26,713 bases of DNA, from positions 1 to 26,713 of the forward strand of contig JBGANF010000109.1 of assembly GCA_044222475.1 (NCBI GenBank). The letters are read 5' to 3'. Numbering within the stretch: position 1 is the first letter of the stretch; each line of letters starts with the position of its first letter. Shown here piece after piece: positions 20,756 through 26,713 of this stretch. The notes under the pieces were generated by a model, which worked only from the letters and a program-made list of their open reading frames with translations, made no database searches and was not told the origin of the DNA. The translations under genes were made by a program, and so were the position numbers. The stretch is from Polyangiaceae bacterium (GTDB lineage Bacteria > Myxococcota_A > Polyangia > Polyangiales > Polyangiaceae).

Positions 20756-21409
20756 CTAGCTTTCCTTGGTCCGTCGGGCGACGAAGCGGAGCTCGTCCGC
20801 TCCGAGCGCCTGAAAGGTGATCGTGAATCCCTGCGCCGCGCGGCGCCAGCGCGCCTCGTCGAAGAGGCGAATCGCGATCGCCGCTCCGTTCGCTTCGTCC
20901 ACGAAGCGCGCGGCAGACGCGGAGCCCGGGTCGCGCTCGAGGCGGCCGCTTCCGTGGGCGCGATCCAACCACGCGGGAGTCGGGAGCTCCGCGACGAAGA
21001 GCCCGCCGCGCCGCAGGACGCGGTCTCCCTCGGCGAAGAGCACGTCGAGCGCGTCCTCGGAAGGTGGGTGAGCGAGGGTGCCGTGGAGCGCGATCACCGC
21101 GTCGAACGACGCGTCGTCGAACGGCCATCGCTCCCAGAGGTCACCTTCGAGGATCTCGATCGGATGTGCACGACGATTGCAGAGCGCAATCATCTCGGGG
21201 GCGATCTCCAACCCGACGACGGTGTGCCCTCGCTCACGGAGCGCGCTGAGCTCGCGCCCGGTCCCGACGCCGAGATCGAGGACGCGCCGAGGCGGCCCGA
21301 GGATCCCCAAGAGATCGTCGTTGCGTGCCCGGGAGTCCGCTCCGGACGAGGCGTACGACCGATCGTATCGACCCGCGATCCGATCGAAGAACAGGCGCGT
21401 CTCGCTCAT
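20756..21409 (-). CDS. Class I SAM-dependent methyltransferase
   Basis: FFDRIAGRYD, VLDLGVGTG, PFDDASFDAV, RVLRRGG. 4-nt overlap with the DUF2252 gene. Confidence 0.88.
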   Translation of the reverse strand: MSETRLFFDRIAGRYDRSYASSGADSRARNDDLLGILGPPRRVLDLGVGTGRELSALRERGHTVVGLEIAPEMIALCNRRAHPIEILEGDLWERWPFDDASFDAVIALHGTLAHPPSEDALDVLFAEGDRVLRRGGLFVAELPTPAWLDRAHGSGRLERDPGSASAARFVDEANGAAIAIRLFDEARWRRAAQGFTITFQALGADELRFVARRTKES

Positions 21410-22563
21410 CGCTCCGCCATGCGCGCGAGGGCGAGGTGGGCGCTCTCGTGAACGCCCGCGAGGACGACCGCGTCGTCCAGGAGACGCCCGATCGCGCGCC
21501 CGTCCAGACGCGCGGGTTTCCCCGATCGCGCGTGGAGCTTACGGACCGTCCCACCGAGGTACGGGACGACGTCAGCGAGCTCGTAAGGCTTCACCGTGCC
21601 GAGCGCGAGCTTGTCCTCCTGCGGTGCGAGCCTGCGGCCGATCAGCGCGATGCCGTCGATGCGCGAGCGCCCGAGCGCGATCGGCGGGCGGTGGAGGCAA
21701 GCGCCGATCGCTTCGACGACGTGGCGCCGCTTCGAAGGATCGAGTGCGAGCGCGCAAGCCGAGCGACGCTCTTCCTTGAGATCGAAGAGCCAGTTGCCGT
21801 CGCGGCCGCCTTTCCCGCGCGTCAGCACCGCGATGCGCAGCGCGCCGAGGCTGCCCGTTCCGGCGATGCGGAACGCGACGTCGACGATCGCGTGCTCGTC
21901 GCTCTTCGGGTCCAGTCGGGCGCTCTTCAAGTACTCGTCGAAGGCATCGGGGACGAGCTTGCGCAGCCGGGCCGGCAGCTCCAGGTACCGCTCGCCGCGG
22001 ACGAAGCGCCGCTTGCCGTGGTGGACCTCGGTGCGCCGAGCGAGGAGCTCCGCGCGGGATCGGCCGCGCACGCGATCCAGGAGGCGAGCGATCGGTGCGG
22101 GCGGCCGTTTGCGTGGCGCGACTCCATCGGCGTAGCCGTGAAGGAGCGCCTCGCCCAGGTCGAGCGCGGCGCGTCCGCGGAAGCCGAAGAGCGGCGCCGC
22201 GAGCAACAAGCTGGTCGTGATGCGAAGGAGATCGAGGCGACGCGGCCCGTGGGCTGCGTCGTCGAAGTCGTTCACGTCGAACACGACGTCGTCGCCGCTC
22301 CCGGTGCGAAACGCGCCGAAGTTCTCGACGTGGAGGTCACCGACGATCCAACCGGATTCGTCGGTCGTACCAAGAAGGGACGGGGTGCGCGCGACGATGT
22401 CGTAGAAGAGCCGCGCGCTGCCGCGAAGGAACGCGAAGCTGGACACGCCCATGCGCGCCATCTTGAGGCGGTGGAGCTCGCGCCCGTAGACGGGGGCAGA
22501 GGCGGAGCGAGCGCGCTCTTCTTCGAGGAATCGGCGAACGGCTCGCCACGCGTCGATCTTCAC
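21406..22563 (-). CDS. DUF2252 family protein (kinase-like fold)
   Basis: KMARM, FAFLRGS, GDLHVENFG, VFDVNDFDDA, RIAGTGSLG, DLKE. Start trimmed to GTG 22563. Confidence 0.85.
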   Translation of the reverse strand: MKIDAWRAVRRFLEEERARSASAPVYGRELHRLKMARMGVSSFAFLRGSARLFYDIVARTPSLLGTTDESGWIVGDLHVENFGAFRTGSGDDVVFDVNDFDDAAHGPRRLDLLRITTSLLLAAPLFGFRGRAALDLGEALLHGYADGVAPRKRPPAPIARLLDRVRGRSRAELLARRTEVHHGKRRFVRGERYLELPARLRKLVPDAFDEYLKSARLDPKSDEHAIVDVAFRIAGTGSLGALRIAVLTRGKGGRDGNWLFDLKEERRSACALALDPSKRRHVVEAIGACLHRPPIALGRSRIDGIALIGRRLAPQEDKLALGTVKPYELADVVPYLGGTVRKLHARSGKPARLDGRAIGRLLDDAVVLAGVHESAHLALARMAER

Positions 22564-22571
22564 CGCATCGC

Positions 22572-22581
22572 AGGATAGCCT
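22572..22581. promoter_or_regulatory. Overlapping divergent -10 elements (bidirectional promoter)
   Basis: AGGATAGCCT reads TAGCCT on + (22576-22581) and TATCCT on - (22577-22572), within a 24-nt gap between two GTG starts. Confidence 0.55.
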
Positions 22582-22587
22582 ACCCCG

Positions 22588-23529
22588 GTGATTTCGGTCG
22601 TGGACGAAGCCCGGCGCAACATCGCACGCCGCCTCGAGCGAGGCGCCGGCCCCGCGGCCACGAGCCCGATCGAGCACCTCTGGGGTCGACTCGCCCCGAT
22701 CGCGCGCCCGCTCCGGGTCCCGCGCGGGGTACGAGTGCTCACCGTGGGCGGAGCGACTCTGGGCGGTTCGGGGAAGACGCCGCTCGCGATCGCGTGTGCG
22801 CTCGCGGTCGCGCGGGCTGGCGCCAAGGTCGCGTTCGTCGGCCACTGGTCCGCCCGCGACGAGGCAGCCGAGGCCGCCTCCGCCCTGGCGTCGGCGAACG
22901 TCCCGCTCTTCGTGGCGCGATCGCGCCAGCGGGCCGTCGATCGCGCAGCGGCGGAGGCTGACGTCCTCGTGATCGATGGGCCGCTCAACTTGTCTCCAGT
23001 GCGCTCGCACTTGGCCCTCTTGGCGGTGGACGGCGCGTCTCCGTTCGGGAGCGGGCTCTGCCCGCCTCGAGGCGACCTGCACGCCACGCCCGCCCGCCTT
23101 CGTGGTTGGGCCGACGCGGTCGTCAGCGTCGGTGATGGCGACTCGGCGGGAGTGGCGACCCACCACGCGCCCCTGACCGACCTTCGCGTGCGAGGGCGGT
23201 CGAGAGCCGCGCGTCCACTCGCCGACTGGGCCGGCCAGCCGGTGCAGGTGGCGACCGCCATCGCGCGTCCCGAGCGCTTCCTCCGCACCCTCGCCCGCCA
23301 TGGGGTGGTGCCATCGCGCCACCTCGAGCGTCCCGACCACGACGGGCGTCCACTCCCGCCCGGCAAGTGGCTGGTTCCGCGGAAAAACGCCCATTTGGCG
23401 GCGGGTCGTGGGCCGGACGACGAGGTGCTCTGGGTCGAATACGACATCTCCCTACCCTCGTCGCTGATGACGGTTCTCGCCAGCAAGCTCGCCATTCCTG
23501 GCGCCTACTTGGCCGGATCCCCCTTATGA
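22588..23529 (+). CDS. lpxK: Tetraacyldisaccharide 4'-kinase (LpxK)-like, divergent
   Basis: VGGATLGGSGKTP P-loop, PFGSG..PRGDL, AIARPERF, RPDH. Several canonical motifs are altered. Confidence 0.75.
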   Translation: MISVVDEARRNIARRLERGAGPAATSPIEHLWGRLAPIARPLRVPRGVRVLTVGGATLGGSGKTPLAIACALAVARAGAKVAFVGHWSARDEAAEAASALASANVPLFVARSRQRAVDRAAAEADVLVIDGPLNLSPVRSHLALLAVDGASPFGSGLCPPRGDLHATPARLRGWADAVVSVGDGDSAGVATHHAPLTDLRVRGRSRAARPLADWAGQPVQVATAIARPERFLRTLARHGVVPSRHLERPDHDGRPLPPGKWLVPRKNAHLAAGRGPDDEVLWVEYDISLPSSLMTVLASKLAIPGAYLAGSPL

Positions 23530-23569
23530 TATCCTCCACCTTCATGCGAGACGGTTGGGGAGGCGCGGA

Positions 23570-24475
23570 TTGACGGAGACGGACGAGAAGACCCGCGTCA
23601 CCACCATCGTTCAGAAACCTCTTGGCGAAGGCGACGGCAAGCCGAAGGGGGGCGACTGTCTCGTGGTGATCTACACGAAGGAGCCGACGCTCCTCGGGAA
23701 GCGGTTCGTCCTCGACGTCAGCCCGATGCGGGTCGGCCGGGGAGCGGAGAACCACATCGTCCTCGAGGGGGACTCCGTCTCGCGAAAGCACGTCCACTTC
23801 GAGCAACGCGGCGCGACCTGGTGGGCCGTCGACGACAACTCGACGAACGGCACCTACGTCAACGACGACCAGATCGTGCGTGAGCAGCCGCTCTCCAACG
23901 GCGACCGCATCAAGGTCGGCCCGACGATCTTCAAGTACCTCTCCGGTCAGGACGTCGAAGCGCAGTACCACGAAGAAATCTACCGGATGACGATCATCGA
24001 CGGCCTCACCCAGGCCCACGTCAAACGGTACCTGCTCGAAGCGCTCGAGAAGGAGATCATCCGCGCGCGCCGCCACCAGCGCGAGCTCTCCTTCATGATG
24101 TTCGACATCGATCACTTCAAGAAGATCAACGACTACCACGGCCACCTCGCGGGCGACTTCGTCCTCAAGGAGCTCGCTCGCATCGTGCAGGGGCGCATCC
24201 GGCGCGACGAGGTGTTCGCTCGCTACGGCGGCGAGGAGTTCGCGATCGTCCTCCCCGAGACCAACCTCGACGGTGGCCGCGCCCTCGCCGAAGGCTTGCG
24301 CGAGAAGGTCGAGCAGTCACGCTTCGTGTTCCAGAACGAGCTCATCAAGGTGACGATCTCCGTGGGCGTTGCCGAGCTCGCCGAGTCCGATCGCACCGGC
24401 ACCGAGCTCATCAAGCGCGCCGACGAGAAGCTCTACGAGGCGAAGCGCGGCGGTCGAAACCGCGTCGTCGCCTGA
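23570..24475 (+). CDS. FHA-GGDEF diguanylate cyclase
   Basis: FHA motifs VGR, SVSRKH, STNGT; GGDEF motifs DGLT, DIDHFKKIND, GHLAGD, RYGGEEF. TTG start 6 nt after GGGGAGG. Confidence 0.94.
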   Translation: MTETDEKTRVTTIVQKPLGEGDGKPKGGDCLVVIYTKEPTLLGKRFVLDVSPMRVGRGAENHIVLEGDSVSRKHVHFEQRGATWWAVDDNSTNGTYVNDDQIVREQPLSNGDRIKVGPTIFKYLSGQDVEAQYHEEIYRMTIIDGLTQAHVKRYLLEALEKEIIRARRHQRELSFMMFDIDHFKKINDYHGHLAGDFVLKELARIVQGRIRRDEVFARYGGEEFAIVLPETNLDGGRALAEGLREKVEQSRFVFQNELIKVTISVGVAELAESDRTGTELIKRADEKLYEAKRGGRNRVVA

Positions 24476-24476
24476 C

Positions 24477-25781
24477 GTGAGCCTCCCGCCGGAGATCGTC
24501 GCTCCTCCGCCGGGCCCGAAGGCACGCGCGCTCGGGGCGCGACTCGCGGCGGTGGAGTGTCCGGCGTTCGAAGCACGGCGGGGCGCTCGGGCGAGCGCGA
24601 GCGGCGAAGATCAATCGCCCATCGTGTACGCCCGCGGCGACGGCGCCAACGTGTGGGACGTCGACGACAACCGCTACGTCGATCTCACCGCTGGCTTCGG
24701 CGCGTTGCTGCTCGGTCACGGTCACCCTGCGGTCAAGGCGGCGGTCGCCGCCCAGAACGAGAAGCTGGCGCTCGCCCTCGGCGACGTCTACGGGAGCGAC
24801 GTCAAAGCGGAGCTCGCCGAGCGCCTGGTCGCGATCCACCCGATGAAGGGCGCGCGCGTGCTCTTCGGGCTCAGCGGGGCCGACGCGGTCACGGCGGCGC
24901 TGAAGACGTCGGCGCTCGTCACCGGGCGCGGTGGCATCGTCGCTTTCCGCGGGGCGTACCACGGGCTCAGCCACGGGCCGCTCGCAGCGTGCGGCCTGAA
25001 CGAAGGCTTCAGGACTCCGTTCATGTCCCAAATTGGGATACGGACGACGTTTGCTCCGTTCCCGTCGTCGGACCATGAGCTCGACGACAGCATGCTCCAC
25101 GTCGAGACCGCGCTCGTCTCGGGGACCATCGGCGCCGTCGTGGTCGAGCCGCTGCTCGGGCGTGGCGGATGCGTCGTCCCGCCGGTCGCGTTTCTGCCCC
25201 GGCTGCGCGCGCTGTGCGACCGCGCCGGGGCGCTCTTGATCGTCGACGAGATCTGGACCGGTCTCGGTCGCGCCGGCGCGTGGCTCGCGTGCGGCGAGAG
25301 CGGCGTCGTGCCCGATCTGCTCTGCCTCGGCAAAGGGCTCGGCGGCGGGCTCCCGATCTCGGCGTGCATCGGATCCAAGGAGGTCATGGCCGAGTGGGGC
25401 AAGCACGGCGGCACCGCGATCCACACCGCGACGCACTTCGGGTTTCCGCTCGCTTGCGCGTCCGCCCTGGCGACGCTGCAGGTGGCCACCGAGCGCGACC
25501 TCCCCGTGCGCGCGCGCTACGTCGGCGCGCGGTTCGCCGCCGCGCTCGAAGAGGCGCTCCCGAAGGGGATCACGGTGCGCGGGAGAGGGCTCATGCTCGG
25601 CGTCGTCCTCCCGGACGGCGCGAAGGCGCTCGCGGTCGCGCGTCGTCTGCTCGGTCGGGGCTACATCGTCCTGACGGGCGGCGTCGAAGGCAACGTCCTG
25701 ACGCTCACGCCCCCGCTCGACGTCGACGAACCGCTCCTCGACGGCTTCGTCGGCGCGCTCCGTGCGGAGTGCGCTTCGTAG
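24477..25781 (+). CDS. Class III PLP-dependent aminotransferase (GabT/ArgD-like)
   Basis: VWDVDDNRYVD, SGADAV, AYHG, VEP, DEIWTGLGR, LGKGLGGG (PLP Lys), VRGRGLMLG. GTG start 24477. Confidence 0.92.
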   Translation: MSLPPEIVAPPPGPKARALGARLAAVECPAFEARRGARASASGEDQSPIVYARGDGANVWDVDDNRYVDLTAGFGALLLGHGHPAVKAAVAAQNEKLALALGDVYGSDVKAELAERLVAIHPMKGARVLFGLSGADAVTAALKTSALVTGRGGIVAFRGAYHGLSHGPLAACGLNEGFRTPFMSQIGIRTTFAPFPSSDHELDDSMLHVETALVSGTIGAVVVEPLLGRGGCVVPPVAFLPRLRALCDRAGALLIVDEIWTGLGRAGAWLACGESGVVPDLLCLGKGLGGGLPISACIGSKEVMAEWGKHGGTAIHTATHFGFPLACASALATLQVATERDLPVRARYVGARFAAALEEALPKGITVRGRGLMLGVVLPDGAKALAVARRLLGRGYIVLTGGVEGNVLTLTPPLDVDEPLLDGFVGALRAECAS

Positions 25782-25785
25782 GTTG

Positions 25786-26713
25786 ATGCAGCCGTCGCCT
25801 GGTGATTCCTTCGGTCGGTACGAGCGGAATCGCTCCTCGGACAGGCGGATGGACAGGCCTTTCGCGCGAACGACACCGTCCTTCGGCGAAAGGTAGCGCT
25901 CAAGCTCGTCCTCGATCCCGACGGTGACAGCGAGAGCAAGGCGCGCCCGCTCGCGGGGCGCGGGTCGCTGCTGCGTGATCGACCACGCGAACGTGGTGCA
26001 CGTCTACGACGTCGGCGAGCACGACGGCGTCCTGTTCATCGCCATGGAGCTCGTCGACGGCATGTCTCTCCGCCTGCGACTCGCGGCCGACCCGGCTCCG
26101 ACGCAGGCCGAGTTGTCTGGTGGCCGATCGAGATCGCGAAGGCACTCGGCGGGCGCACCGAGCTCGCCTGTTCATCGAGACGTGAAGCCCGACAACGTGA
26201 TGATTCGCAAGGATGGCCGAGCGACGATGCTCGACTTCGGAATCGCCCGACGGGTGGCGAGCGCGGAGGAGGACCATCTCGGTGGTGTCACGGGTCGCGG
26301 CATCGTCATCGGGACGCCGCTCTACATGGCGCCGGAGCAGTTGCTGGGCGAAGTGCCCGACGGCCGTGCGGACAGTTCGCGGTGGGGCGTCATGGTAGCC
26401 GAGCGCCTCTCCGGCGTTCTTCCGTTCGGCACGGGTGAGGACGCCGCACGCTTCATCGCGAACGTGATGGCGAACGACCCTGCGCCGCTACCCGCATCGG
26501 TGCCGAGCGAGATTGCGGACGCGGTCTTGCGGACGCTGCGAAAGGATCGAACGCGCGGTTCGGATCGATGGATGACGTGGTGCGAGCACTCGGAGCGACG
26601 GCGGGGCAGGTCGTCGTGGACTCCGCCGTCGTGGTTGCCGATCCACTCGCGCCGACGGAGGCCGTCGCGCCCTCGCCGTCACACGCCCCGGAGTCCTTCG
26701 CCTGAACCGAGCG
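25786..26713 (+). pseudogene. Hanks-type Ser/Thr kinase broken by many frameshifts (pseudogene or sequencing error); end not determined
   Basis: Fragments across frames reconstruct MQPSPGDSFGRY, RKVALKL, DHANVVHVYDVGE, FIAMELVDG, HRDVKPDNVM, LDFGIAR, GTPLYMAPEQ. Confidence 0.85.

Noticed and set aside
22564..23394. N-terminal extension of the 662-aa DUF2252 ORF
   Set aside because: Antisense to lpxK. The domain begins near GTG 22563.

Overview
High-GC window from a myxobacterium, probably Polyangiaceae/Labilithrix-like (inferred from a MYXO-CTERM protein, Hanks-type kinases, an FHA-GGDEF protein and an AgmX/PglI-like domain). It is mostly housekeeping and signalling genes: sthA, a sigma54 response regulator, namZ, a Ser/Thr kinase, purL, an ADC-family gene, purQ, rseP, rsmB-like, a 2-oxoacid dehydrogenase E2, DUF2252, a divergent lpxK, FHA-GGDEF and a class III aminotransferase. 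It ends in a heavily frameshifted kinase that looks like contig-end sequencing error. No mobile element, CRISPR array, tRNA or rRNA was seen. The best unexplained signal is a candidate ~120-nt sRNA on the minus strand (about 6610-6728). It has two hairpins with the same C-rich anti-Shine-Dalgarno loop (CCCUCCCCA), an intrinsic terminator, a possible promoter, and a perfect 12-nt complement to the RBS of the FHA-GGDEF gene in this window. Many genes appear leaderless (TANNCT 6-8 nt before the start codon), including one pair sharing a symmetric bidirectional -10.
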